Shown here: in pieces, positions 1-13,905 of the stretch
How positions within the stretch are numbered: position 1 is the first letter of the stretch
Layout: each line of letters starts with the position of its first letter
NCBI GenBank assembly: GCA_038087875.1
Contig: CM075988.1
Span: 22,198,001-22,262,000 of the forward strand
Length of the DNA stretch: 64,000 nt
Direction of reading: 5' to 3'
DNA from: Malacoraja senta
Taxonomy: Eukaryota
Made by a program: the position numbers and the translations under genes
Notes under the pieces: model-generated
Told to the model about the DNA's origin: nothing
The model's database searches: none
The model's input: the letters and a program-made list of their open reading frames with translations, nothing else

Positions 1-3000
1 TGGGATGCGTGAGGTATTGTTTCAGTCTTAAATGTCTGCTGTAAGTCATAAGGTCATAATGAGTAGAATTAGGCCATTTGGCCCATTAAGACTACTCCGC
101 CATTCAACCGTGGCTAATCTACCTCTCCCTCCTAACCCCATTCTCCTGCCTTCTCCCCATAACCTCTGAGACCTGGTGTAGTCCAAGTGTATAGGAGAGC
201 AGGGATTACTGCTGTTTGGTAGACCATAGGTGTCATATTGGATATTTCTATCTTCAATTATCCATTCCTTCAACTGACCAAAGCCTGTGCTTGCACATTG
301 AAGTTCATAGCAACATTCAAACTTATTGTCTGCCTTTGCTAAGAGGTGACTGTAAAGCCATAGTTCAAGGCCCACAAGATCAATGCAGGGAAATGGCAGT
401 GATGTAAAAGGTTAGCCTGAAGTGGATAATATTGAATGGCAGAAACAGACACGAGGAGCCAAATTGCCTACATCTGCTTCCATTTCTTGTAATTCTGCAA
501 GTGGAAATGGCACTCCAGCATGTATCCCTCAGGCACTCTACTTAATATATGCCTCAACCCAATCATCTTAATGAGAATCACAGTTTCCTTCCTGCTACTT
601 CCTTCCCTTCGTATGATTTAGATGTTCAACTTCTGCAGCTGCCTTTCCTTATGAATCTTATCAAAGACTTCCTGAATATCTATGTTAATCAGTAGGGAAT
701 AAGAATACTATATAAAAATCAGGCACAAATTGCTCAATATTTTTCTCGCCATTAACACAAGGGTTGGAAAAGTACCCCAAAAGCTACGTGCTTTTGAAAT
801 TTATATTCTGGCTTCTACTGTGAAAAAATCTACAACTTGGGTGTTTGAAAGGAAGGTAGATCTCCTTACATCATGATTTCTTAGTTTATTTGCATTATTA
901 CATCAAAATATTTGTGATCATAGTATCTACTTTTAATAAAGAGACAAATTTCCTTCTAATTATTAACATAATAGAAACAATTATCAATAAAAGGCTCCAC
1001 AGCAGCAGAGTTGCTGCCTGACAACGTCAGAGACCCAGGTTCAATTCTGACAATGGGTGCTGTCTGTATGGAATTTGTATATATTCCTTGTGACCGCGTA
1101 GGTTTCCTCCCACATCCCAAAGATGTGCAGGTTTATAGGTTAATTAGTTTCTCTAAATTGTCCCTAGTGTGTAGGATAGACTAGTGCACGGATGATTGCT
1201 GGTCATCGCTGACTCAGTGGGCCGAAGGGCCCGTTTCCACGTTGTACCTCCAAACTAAACATAAACTAAACTAAGACTATTGAAGTACTTTTTTTTCCTT
1301 AAAATTTAAAAATTCTATAATTGTTTGTCGTTATAAGCAGAAACCATCCAGCATCTAATGATTAATTTCAATGATGGTTGGCAGTTTACAAAACCCAGCA
1401 AGCAAAGATAAATGCCAGAAAACACACAAAATGTGGTCCTTAGAGCTCCTAAACCCAACCTGAATCAGTAGCAAACAAATTCCAAAACAGTTTTACTTTG
1501 ATTATCTTGGATATTTGATTGGATTGTACTAATGGTTCTGAAGGGAAACAAAAGCAATCAGCTGCTCCTGGGTAAGTAAGTCTGGGATAAGCTGAGTAAC
1601 AGATGCTCGTACATCTGCCACTTCGTTCCACTGGTGGACACAACGTGCAGGCAACAGCAGTGCCCAACCATGCTGGGGAAACCACCTCTGTGATCCCAAG
1701 CCAAGCAGACCAGGCATTAGCTTGGAATCTTGAATGGGAAATTCTGACCTGGAATTGAGAGAAAAGTAGTATTTCACATTATGTCTACATTATCATTTTT
1801 ATTCACGTTATTGCCAAGATATTTTTAACTATTAGATATTATGAAGTATAAAAAAATATTCAATCAAGGATGTTTAAAAATTGTTTTTAAATGTTTCCAA
1901 GCTTTAAATGGAGAGGGAGCCACAACCTTGGCTTTGTCTAAGAAGGATCTGCAAATGCTGGTTTAAACCGAAGATGGACACAAAAAGGTGGAGTAACTCA
2001 GCGGGTCAGACAGCATCTCTGGAGAAAAGGAATAGGTGACGTTTCGGGTTGAGTCTGAAGAAGTGTCTCGACCAGAAACGTCACCTGTTCCTTTTCTCCA
2101 GAGAAGCTGTCTGACCCGCTGAGTTACTCCAGCTTGTTGTGTTCACCTTGACTTCTGTTAGAGTACTTTAGGTTATTCTGCGACCTTGGTTTAAAGTACA
2201 CAACATCCGACTGGAGTCACCATTATTCCCAGGGGCAAATAGTCATTGGGTCTGGTCCAAATACACAAGAACCTCCTGACCCCACAGAGAATGCTGACCA
2301 CAGCTCAGTCTTTTACAGATGGAAGTATCATCAAGGATGCCTGATACCCTGGCCATTCTCTTCGCCCTTTTTACTGAGTGAGTACTAATCACAAATTAGG
2401 CTTGATACTAACCCTTCAACTTCACTGAGCTGGGAGGAGATGCCTTATCAAGCCTAATTCTTGATTAGTACAAGTGTCAGAGGTTATGGGGAGAAGGCAG
2501 GAGAATGGGGTTAGGAGGGAAAGATAGATCAGCCATTATTGAATGGCAGAGTAGGCTTGATGGGCCAAATGGCCTAATTCTACTCCTATCCCTTATGACC
2601 TCAAGTCCAGTCAATTTCATTGCACTAACAAGTAACCAACAAACACAAACAACACCAAATCACAATCCATGATATCCTCACCAGATTCATAAAATTTTCA
2701 TCATTATCAATTGCTTCAGACCAATGTTTTAACACTTGAGCCATAGGCCCATTCCAGTGTTTTTGACCCATGTGAACTGCTAACCCCATTCTACAGCACT
2801 ATATAAATGAGTTAAACTTCAATAAAAAAATACAATTACAGACTAGTCTGAAGAAGGGTCTCGACCCGAAACTTCACCCATTCCTTCTCTCCAGAGATTC
2901 TGCCTGTCCCACTGAGTTACTCCAGCTTTTTGCATTATCCACAATTACAATTCTCCTTTCACGTTCTCCAGTGTAGTCACAATGAAATTAGAAGCAAAAC

Positions 3001-3043
3001 TCATCCTGATAAATTTCTCCCCATAATGCAGCTTGGGCCTTAA

Positions 3044-3045
<2 letters not shown>

Positions 3046-3075
<30 letters not shown>
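3046..3075. repeat. (CT)n microsatellite
   Basis: Direct inspection. Confidence 0.9.
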
Positions 3076-3076
<1 letters not shown>

Positions 3077-6000
3077 AGAAAATGAATTATCTTTCTCCCT
3101 CAAGAGGGCTGCCTCGCTTTCATCCCAAACCTTCCAGGCTCCTTCAGTTAGAGTCATCTGAATGAATGAATTATACTTTATTATCACATGTGACATGTCA
3201 CAGTGAGATCCGTTGTTTAAGAAGGAACTGCCGATGCTGGAAAATCGAAGGTAGACAAGTAGTACTGGAGAAACTCAGCGGGTGCAGCAGCATCTATGGA
3301 GCGAAGGAAATAGGCAACGTTTCGGGCCGAAACCCTTCTTCAGACTGATTGTGGATAAGTGGTGTTTCGGGTCAAGACCCTTCTGAGTTCCTCCAGCATT
3401 TTGTGTCCTTTTGTGTATTAACCAGCATCTGCAGTTCTGTTTTTTTCATGATTCAATCAAATCCTGACATTTTAATACCTCAAGGATGGAAGCATCCAGT
3501 TTTCTTTCCTATCAATGATAGATTTCCTACTTCATAGAAGGCAATGTCCACCGAAACTCAAGAGGAAATGGAGTGAATAAATGTTACCTGAATTGTTATC
3601 TCCCATCGATTCCCTCAGAGGCACACATTACAATGTCTACAATTTTGTTTCAAAATGATTTAATTTACCAATTACCTAAAAAACACTGGAAAAAATGCAG
3701 GTTAGGCAGCATCTGTGGGAAGAGAAACAACCAAAATTTCATTCAAAGGATTGTGCAAACTGAAACATAGACGTCGCTTTGTTCCACAGATGTACCTGAC
3801 TTGCCGAGTACTTCCAGCATTTTCTGTTTTTATTTTAGATTTCCAGCATCAGCGGTGTATTTTTCAAATCTTTGTTTACCACTTAGCTGTCCCATTAAGT
3901 TTCATAGTTATATTTAAGATAATATAACTATAAAATCTATTTTGCAAGTTGCAAATTATAGATTTGTCATTTTTCAAAGGTTCATACAAACTTTACGTCA
4001 GTTAAGTTGTTCAAGGGGGCACGTAAATTACTTCACATTTTCCTGTCCAATCACGCTCAACAAATCGGCGTTTTACAAGCTTGAAAGGATGGTTACATCA
4101 GGAAAATGGGATGCAAAAGAAAAACAGTTTCAGCGTTGAACAATATTAAATGCAGGATCAGACTTTGTATATCAATCGTGAATTAATTTTTGGCTGAGAC
4201 AGACTCTCTATTATCCTGCGCACAAAGCCAGGATATAGCCTGTACAGGAACTGCTGGGATTTGTATCTCCCTGTTGCAGCTGTGCTGATTGTGCAAAAGT
4301 TTGAAGAAATTCGCACCAAGTACAATGGATCTGTTTTGATTATTAAGTCTTGGCTCTATTTACAAAAAAACCTAAAAATAATTGAAAAACAAATGACTCA
4401 ACATGATTTGTGAGTTTCTAAGTTGTGTCCCCACCCTAAAACTCACTGTAAAAGCCAAACACAAATTTGATTCCTGAAATGGAAGGGGGATGGGGGACAT
4501 TGCCCTAAAAGGAGAAATCAAGCAGCATGGGTCATTTCTTCCATTCTCAAGAGAATATAAGGGGTATGACACAAAAAAAGATGGAGTAACTCAGCGGGTC
4601 AGACAGCATCTCTAGAGAAAATGAATGGGTGACGTTTTGGGTCGAGACCCTTCTTTTGAAGAAGGGTCTTGACCCAAACCTCACCTATTCCTTTTCTCCA
4701 GAGTTGCTGTCTGACCCACTGAGTTACTCCAGCTTTTTGTGTCTATCTTTGATTTAAACCAGCATCTGCAGTTCCTTCCTACATAATATGAAGTGTTCTC
4801 ATTCTAACATAGAAACTCTTATGGATATTACAGCCTGATGTTTCCAGCATTTTCACTTATGTGGCAGGTGTTTTTCTTTTATTTATAGATTTTTGAATAA
4901 AATAAATATCTAGGGTTCTGGGAAACAGGCAGGATACTGGAGTTGAGGCCAATACCTACTGATGCTCCAATTTTCTATGATTGTATCATCCTGTATATAT
5001 GCAGGCAGTCCCCAGATTACGCAAGGTTCCGTTCCTGAGAACAGTCTGTAAATCAGGAGGAAACAATTTCAAGAGGATCAATCAGTACTGTTTATCTACT
5101 GCTCTCCCCATCTGTAGTTTCTCTGTATCAGAGTTAGAATGGCCTGGTTATTTTTGATGTACGTAAAGGTATCAGTGGATATTAACATTGTTAGGTAAGT
5201 ATTTTGCAAGTGTCAAAAGAAGAGATTTGACTTGTCAGTTTCCAAGGCAAATTGCATTTGTGGCCTCCCACTGTGCACCAGCAGATGCATTCCTGAAGAC
5301 AACATATCTAATTGTTGCAAGGAGATTACATGTAAACTGAATGTCCTTTGAATTAACTAGCTGTTACCCTATAGTGTAATTTCTCAAGATGTTTGTATTT
5401 TGGTAACTAACGTTTCAGTCTTGAAAAACTCCATTACTGTAGTCATGTCTTCCACAACCAAGGAGTCCCATACACCAAATACTATAAAGTCAGTCATTAT
5501 TTCTTCACTGAGAAATTCTGTAATGCAGTTTTTAATATAAACAAAACTATCATATAAACTCTAATATAAATAATATAAACATCTCATCTACTGTAACTAA
5601 ATCTAAATTTTGATGGCACAAATTTTAGTTCACATATTACAAATCAAGGGTTAGCATCCAGAATATAAATGATCCGCAATGATTTGCAATGTTAAAACTT
5701 TCTTAACATTGCAAATTAGATTGCTTTCCAATACCAAATATTTCTTGCTGATCCACAAATTCATTCCCCACTTAAAAATCTGCACTCAGATGGTATAACA
5801 AAGAGGATCTGCATCTGTTGCCCTGGTTTTAATGAAGCATACTTTAGAACAAAGGATCACAAGGAATAGAAGCAGAAGGACATTATTTTGCCTCATTCGC
5901 CTGTTCCACTAATCAATAAGATTACGGATGATATTTTACCTCAGCACCACTTTCCTCAATTTGCTTAGAATTTTGCCCATTTCAATGCTCAGTCCTTACT

Positions 6001-8141
6001 TCTAAACTCGAGAAAACATCCTTAGGCTGCTAATCTCTCTATACAAGACTAAACCATAATCCCCAGAATCAATCTGGACAACATTTACTGCACTCTCCAA
6101 TTATCACAGTATATCCTTCCTTGTATACAGAGACCAGACCTATACACAATGCTCCAGATGGTTTGGAGTTAGACCTCTACTCTTGTACTCCATTCCTCCA
6201 GGAATAAGGCAAGTGTACTGTATGCCTTCCTAATTACTTGCTGAAACGTGTTAGCTTTGAGATTGGTGTAGAAGGACATTCATGTCCCTCCAAGTACAAA
6301 TGCTTTTCAATGTGTCACCACTTAAAAAATACTCTGTTTTTTTAATTTAATATCAAGGTGATGACCTCATTTTTCCCCCCACATTACATCTACCCTTGTC
6401 CATTCCATTAGGTTGCCTAAATCCCTGAAGTCTCTCAGCAGCCTCCTCATGCAGCACTAATACATGTAGCACACTGATTTCACCGTTAGCACTCAAGATA
6501 GCAGATTTAATCGCCTGCGAGACTGCATGAGCAATTACGTGACATTGCTGCTGAGACTCTTACAAGGCGACCAAGCTACATTTTCTTAACATATCCTCTC
6601 GAACAGATTGACACAAAATGCTGGAGTAACTCAGCGGGACAGGCAGCATCTCTGGAGAGAAGGAATGGGTGACGTTTCACGTCGAGACCCTTCTTCACGA
6701 ATAGATTGATGTTTTGTAGCGTGGTTCCCTGAGCAATTGGGGGAGGCAGGGAAAACATTTTGAGTTAGAGCCCTTCTTCCCCTTCTCCTGAAATATCCTC
6801 TTACAAAGGTTTTTTTGCCTCTCGATTCTTTCTTCATGTTCTCATTTGTCCCCTGGAGCCCACAGGATCACAATTAGGTAATCCATGGTGGAAATGAAAG
6901 CAATTCTGATCACCATCTGGACACATGAAAACAGTTGTGGCAGCAATCTTTTGCCTCCAATAAAAGTTGCATGTGAAGTTGCATGTAACCCGTGTTAAAA
7001 GCTGCTTTTCTTCACAGGGCTAATTACTTCTAATGGGATGGGTATGCAACAATCTTTAACAATGTTAAAGACTTAACATAGACACAAAATGCTGGAGTAA
7101 CTCAGAGGGACAGGCAGCATCTCTGGAGAGAAGGAATGGGTGAGTCGGGGAGTGGGAAACCAGAGATATGGAAGGGTACAAAGTGCATGTAAGGTGTGAA
7201 AAGAACAGATCAAAGCAGACAATGGTCATAGAGCTGGAGAGCAGGAGGAATTACAGAGGGGGAGCAGTGAAAGAGGGCAGAACTTTCAAGAACATGCAAA
7301 CTCCACACAGTTGGCATCGGAGGTCAGGATTGAACTTGGGTTGCTGGAAATGCTGCAAAATCTCCACCAAGTGCACCACCCTGATTGAAAATAAATAACT
7401 GCTGCAATGGGGTATGAACCCGTTAGTTCTTTAACCCAGTATATCAACCACTGTTTCTATGGCTCTATGAAATGTTGCAATCCGAAGCATGATTTATATA
7501 ATTTTTGAGAATATGCAAAAAAAAATGATGGGATCCTTTGCTTTTCAGTGAATTTATATGGGTCAGGTCTAAAAGTATGCGTTATTTGTACTCATCGAGT
7601 TGTGATCTTGCTTTCTTACAAGCTATTATTGTTCAAAATAAAAAAGTTGTTTGTTGAGGAATTAGCAGCTTGATTAGTGCCTTGTTCTGAGAACAAAGAC
7701 TACTTTGTCCATTGAGATGCTGTCACATAACTAGTGTCTAATATACACAAGCTGTGCATGGATTTCTCTACATTCCCTTCATGAAGAAAATATTTTCCAG
7801 GCACAAAGATATCTATGTGCAAAATGATTAAATCAAATTGCAAAGTAACAGCACTCAAATCTATAATTTTAATCCTTCCAGGTTGCTGCCCACCACCACA
7901 AAAAAAATAATAATCTTGTTTTCAGTCATTATGAATTGCACAAAATTACACATGAACATCTTCGATGAATTGCAACATCTCATTAAGCTTTAAGTGCACT
8001 CACTTGGGCCTGTTTTAATGTTAACTACTTTAATCAGGATTATTGTTGTTCTGTGGGAGAGAATTAAGTGGGACAGAAATAGACAACAGGGTTTTAGTTG
8101 AAGCATGTTTAGCCTGAATGCACCACCTCTTACTTAGTGTT

Positions 8142-8481
8142 AAAGAAGGAACTGCAGATGCTGGAAAATCGAAGGTACACAAAAATGCTGGAGAAACTCA
8201 GCGGGTGCAGCAGCATCTATGGAGCGAAGGAAATAGGCAACGTTTCGGGCCGAAACCCTTCTTCAGACTGATAGGGGGTGGGGAGAAGAAAGGAAAAAAG
8301 GACAAAGGCGGAGGAGGAGCCCGAGGGCTGGGGGAGGGGAGGAGACAACCAGATGGCTGATGAAGGGGAGGGGACAGCAAGGGCTAGCAGAATTGGGAGA
8401 ATTCAATGTTGAGGCCCCCAGGATGTAGACTGCCCAAGTGGAATATGAGGTGCATTTTCTCCAATTTACGGTGTTGTGGAA
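8142..8481 (-). mobile_element. 5'-truncated Penelope-like insertion with 15-bp target-site duplication
   Basis: CTCTTACTTAGTGTT at 8127-8141 and 8482-8496; hammerhead-like core at about 8239-8266. Confidence 0.75.
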
Positions 8482-9859
8482 CTCTTACTTAGTGTTCCAT
8501 TAATTATGTGAATGCAGGACATGCTGAGGTAAAGCATCAGAGGTCCCACTTTACAACTGCATCTTTACAAAAACACTTGATCCTAACAAAAATTTGTGAT
8601 TTTCTGTTGGCTATTACTGAACACGGTGGCGAGGGTGGGTGGCACAGTGGTAGAGTTGCTGCCTTGCAGAACTTACAGTGCCAGAGACCCGGGTTCAATC
8701 CCGACTAAGGGGGCTGTCTGTACCTTTGCTTTTCTCAGTGAATTTATATGGGTTAGATGGGTGACCTGCGTGGATTTTCTCTGATTCCTTCCCACACTCC
8801 AAAGACGTACAGGTTTGAGGGCTAATTTGCTTGGTATGAATATAAATTGTCCCTGATGTCTGTGTAGGATAGCATTGATGTGCGGGGATCGCTGGTCGGT
8901 GTGTACTCGGAGGGCTGAAGGGCCTGTTTCCGCACTGTATCTCCAAGCTAACTAAACTAAATTAGCATTGTCAGTGTAGATTACTTCAGTAATGCTGGAA
9001 GCACATATGATTTTTGTTATTGTAGATTCTGAAAACTGTGATGTTCACACAAATAAACAAATGGAACATTGAAACAAATGATGTTACTTTACAACAGTTA
9101 TGAATGATTAAAAAACAATATTTCACACAAACAACACAAAGGTCGGTGAATTATTTGTTCACAGAAACATAAGAAAACAGGAGTGAGCCACTCCGCCCTT
9201 CAAGCTTGTGCCGTCATTCAATATAATCATGGCTGATCGGCTCCAGGCTTTATGTTCTTCTGTGCCAGTCCTCAATTTCCTGATCTTTTGAAACTTTATC
9301 TACTTATTCTGAAAATTTGCCTCATGGTCTAGCCACTATAACACACCGAGGTAAAGAATTAGCGATTTATCACCATCTGCATAAATATGTCCCTACTCTC
9401 CAGAGCTTTAAATAACTGCCTCCAAATTACGAATGAGACATAGACTTCAATCCATTTTTCTGCATGCAGCTTACAACAAATCAGGTACTTGTGCCTTACC
9501 ACTGAATGGGTTAACTGAATGGCCAGACCAAGATCCCAATCAGCAAAAGAACTGTCTGCATTTGAAGATCTCAAAAAGTCATCAATTCCATGCAAAACAA
9601 ATTACGGTGCATCTTTTATCAGTGTTTTCTTTAAACCCAATGACGATAGTTTACTCAAACTAAATGCGATTGATTTCCTGCCACAATTATGACAATTAAG
9701 GATGTTGGGAACTGCTTGCATGTTTTGTATTGCCCTTCCTTTATGGCTGATGGTGGGAATTCCATAACCACAGACAGTTCAATTTCTTATTTGGGCACAT
9801 TTTATTCATCAAAAAAGATTATCAATCATCTTAAGAGTGAACAACTATTAACACACGGC

Positions 9860-10985
9860 ACATTTAACAAGGGGGTCTACAACATTATTGCCATCACTGA
9901 GACATGGCTACAGGGCAGATAGGGTACAGAATTTTTAGGCAAGACAACAGGAGCAAAATGGCAGGAGGTTCATCAAACATTGCATTACCTCAGTTTTGAG
10001 AGATGATATCCTAGAAAGCTCCTCAACGAGGCCACACGGGCAGAGATTTGAAACTAAAAGAGTGTTATCATTTTGCTACAGGTATCGTAGTCCGATCAAC
10101 AGGTGGCAGAAGAATGTATGTAGGCAAACAGAGTTACATTAAAAGTAGGGCTACCATAATGGAAAGTTTCATTTTCCAGAATATTAACTGGGATGTCGAG
10201 GGGTATTGACGGCGGATAAAAGAAAAAAAGGAAACATGCGTCAAGGTAAATGGAGATAATGCCAATGAGGCTAGAACAGACATTGTGAATGGTTGGGTCT
10301 TTCGGAGTATTATTGAGGAACCAAAGGACTTTGGTGTACGTCCATAGATCCTTGAAAGTGGTAACACAGGTAGATAACGTAGTTAGGAAAGCATTCGGGT
10401 TATTGGACATCAATAATTGGGGCACTGGATTCAGAAGTAGTGAGGTTTTGCTCCAACTCCATAAAACCTTAGTCAAACCTCAGTCAGAGTACTGCATGCA
10501 GTCCAGGTCACTGTCCCATAAGAAAGATGTGGCAGCTCCAGAGAGGAGATTCACCAGGACATTGCCTGGGATGGAGGAGATCAGTTATGAGGAGTGATTG
10601 GACAAGCTAGGTCTGGAGCAGAGGAGGTTAAAATGGGACATGATTGAGATATTTAAAATTATGAGGGATATACATAGAGTAGACTGCAGGAAACATTTCC
10701 CCTTTCAGAGGTAGCTAAAACCAGAGGACCTCGATTTAAGGGAAGGAAGAGGGTTCTGGGAGGGGGTAGGGAGGAGATTTAAAGATGATATGATAAGCAC
10801 CCCCCAAGATAGTGGTATGTATCTGCTCCAGAGAGTGCTTGAAGCTAGGTTGCTGATGGCATTTAAGAAGTGTCTAATTGTACCGTTGAATTGCTTAGGC
10901 ATAAAAGGCTGAAAAAATACCAAAGGGTGTCTGCTGATCAGTGTGGACATTGGGTGGAATGCTGTGAGATTCCATGATGCAGAAT
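9860..10985 (+). mobile_element. Degenerate CR1 LINE fragments
   Basis: IIAITETWL (endonuclease) and LVKPQSEYCMQ (RT C-terminal) remnants. Confidence 0.7.
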
Positions 10986-13801
10986 GCTTGTGATCAACCC
11001 TAGCCAAGTCATTCACATCTGTTAATCACTTTTGCAGCATCTATGAATATATTGGCATTGGTTTATTATTGTCACGTATACCGAGATAATAATAATAATA
11101 ATAGATTTTATTTATATAGGGCTTTTCAGGACTCAAAGTCGCTTTACAATTGAGAGTCAGGAATAAACAAAACAAAATAGAGCAGTAAGACAGAGGGGAG
11201 GGGAACATGGGACTAAGGGTATGCAGAGGTCAAGAGATGGGTCTTGAGGCGGGACTGGAAGATGGTGAGGGACTCAGAATTTCGGCACTCAGAGATGCAG
11301 TGAAAAGCATGCTATCCAATTAAATCAGATAATACCATGCATTACTGCAATCAAGCCATCCACAAATACAACAGGCAAATAGAAAAACACCAGCCTTTAG
11401 AATATACAGTAGTTTTTCATCATTTTAGCATAGTTACAGAGAAATAAAACAAATGTCCACAACAGAGACAGTAGTCTTTGATCATCTAGAATCAAATGTT
11501 ACTGTTCACAATTGAAATCTCAGATAATAAGAATAATAAGATGAAATTATAATACAGAAGGATAATTTGTAATGTCAGAATGAACCATTTCAGGTTAGCT
11601 TTTTCTCTGCACATGCTGCTTGACCTGCTGAGTATCCCCACAATTTACTTTTTTTAACTCTTGATCTTTGAAACGAATAAACCTCTTAATAGACTTATCA
11701 ATAGAAACAAAAGAGAAAACATGAGAACTGTTTACACTGAAATTCTACTCGTAGTACCAGGTAATCTCGGTCACATATGGACATATTATAGCGCACATTT
11801 AAAATCAGAACTTTATCTGACTCTCAAGAAAATGGTAGCAGAGATCAAACTGAAATTGAACAGCAGATTTCTATGTATAAACAGTATAGTTAAAAGGAAT
11901 AGTAGAAGTACAGAGGAGACATAAAACAGGAAACATATGAAAGGGTGTTTTGCAAGGAAAGATAAGTGTACTATAAATATTGAGGAATTAAAAGTCAAAG
12001 TAAGGGAGGCACCCCTTTTGGTACTTTCAGATACCTAATTGTAGGCGTCACACGCACTTTAAGTTTATATATTTTTTAATCTGAATAAAAAGCAGCAAAA
12101 AAAATTGTGACAATGCACTGTGACAAAGTTTGTGACAGTTCCACTGATACGGACAATTCATAAAAACACAAAAGTAATTTAAGATTACTACATTTGAATT
12201 GAGATTTACTTCATTGAAATTCAGACATTTTCAGTTTTCTTCTCGGCAGCACAAATGACCATTACATCAAGAAAGCTCCCCAGCAGATAGGCATTTAAGA
12301 TTACAAGCTCCATGGACCTCCGAAAACAGTCAACTCATTGCACAATGAATTTCCGTTTGCAAAATGCAGCATCTTAGAAACATAGAAAATAGGTGCAGGA
12401 GTAGGCCATGCGGCCCTTCGAGCCAGCACTGCCACTCAATATGATTATGGCTGATCATCCAAAATCAGTACCCCACTCCTGCTTTCTCCCCATGTCCCTT
12501 GATTCCATTAGCCCGAAGAGCTATATCTAACTTTCTCTTGAAAACATCCAGGAATTGGCCTCCACTGCCTTCTGGCCAGAGAATTCCACAGATTCAAAGT
12601 CTTGTACACAGTCTACTCTCGTACTTGAGGTAAGGACTATCCCAGCGTTTAAGAAACAGTTAGACAGGTACATGGATAGAACAGGATGGAGGGATATGGG
12701 CCAAACACAGGCAGGTGGGTTGGTCGGTGTGGGCAAGGTAGGCCTGTTTCCACGCAGTATTACTCTATGACTCTAAGCTCATTGAGAATATGCAGAGGTT
12801 AAATTTGCTTCAACGACAACTGGCCCTTAGCCAGCAGCAACCAGTTTCCATCCAGAAACACATTCAAAAATGATTATGTTACGTCTAAGCACGGCAACTA
12901 CATACCTGGGTGGCAATGTACCTATTCCAACATTTCACCAGCAGTTTGACAGCAACCACAACACTTAACTGCAGCTGAACAACAGACACCCTTCAACATC
13001 ACAGCACTATGAGTAAATCACTCAATGTCATCACATCAACTGCTTTGACAAGGAGTTCCTACCACATTTGTTAAGCAGATTTACCCCTACTGCTTGAACT
13101 GGAATAACTTTGCAACGAAATATGTAGGAAGGAACTGCAGATGCTGATTTAAACTGAAGATAGACACAAAATGCTGGAGTAATTCAGCGGGAGAGGCAGC
13201 ATCTCTGGAGAAAAGGAACGGGTGACGGGTCTCGACCTGAATCTTCACCCATTCCTTCTCTCCAGAGATGCTGCCTGTCCCACTGAGTTACTCCAGCTTT
13301 TTGTGTCAAACTTTGCAACGAGTTATGTTAAGCTGCTTGCGCTGGAATAAGATTGCAATAAATTGTGTTAAGTTATACTTTAAACTCTGCACCCTTTAAA
13401 ATGCAACAACCCTGTACGCAGTCCGCCCGGAGTGCGAGGACAGACTGTGTAATAGGGACAGTCACAAAATACTGGAGTAACTAACTCAGCGGGACAGGCA
13501 GCACCTCTGGAGAGAAGGAATGGGTGACGTTTCGGGTGGAGACCCTTATTCGGGGGCATTGTAAAGGGTACAAGGTTTAGAGTGAAATTTAACATAAGTC
13601 CTGGCTGCACAAATTCTCAGCGAGGGGAAGGCGGCGAAGACAGCTCGGACTACAGCGGGGCAAAGTAACGGCGCAAAGATCCGCGCTCCGGAGCGAAGCA
13701 GCAAATACAGAACAATTCCCCTTCCCCGTCCCCGACCGTGGCCACAGTCACTGTGAAATCCAGGTCCGGTCCGGTCCTGTCCTGTCGTCGCCCTCACTTA
13801 C

Positions 13802-13853
13802 CGTGGGCCAGCACGATGCAGAGCGGCGGCAGCAGCGACACCCCGCCCGCCAT
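13802..13853 (-). CDS. First exon of an unidentified gene (MAGGVSLLPPLCIVLAH, signal-peptide-like, phase-1 donor)
   Basis: CpG island, strong Kozak aagATGG, consensus donor CACG|GTAAGTG; no downstream exon confidently identified. The ATG could instead be a 5'UTR YY1 motif. Confidence 0.55.
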
Positions 13854-13859
13854 CTTCAC

Positions 13860-13905
13860 CCCGCCGCCCGCCCGTCACTGGGCATGCGCACTCCGCTCGC
13901 GCAGA
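13860..13905 (-). promoter_or_regulatory. CpG-island promoter with GC boxes and an NRF1-like site
   Basis: CCGCCCGCCC and GCATGCGCA (about 13882-13890) immediately upstream of the 13853 exon. Confidence 0.6.

Noticed and set aside
46..375. 109-aa - strand ORF
   Set aside because: The C-terminal part is CR1 3'UTR; no recognisable homology or splice signals.
1553..1600. Hairpin with AGCTGATTGC resembling the miR-34 3' end
   Set aside because: The seed GGCAGTG is absent and the stem is too short for a pre-miRNA.
6576..6837. Basic ORFs around 6.6-6.8 kb
   Set aside because: They run into a Penelope repeat insertion (imperfect duplication CGAA(C/T)AGATTGA), and the reconstructed ORF is unrecognisable.
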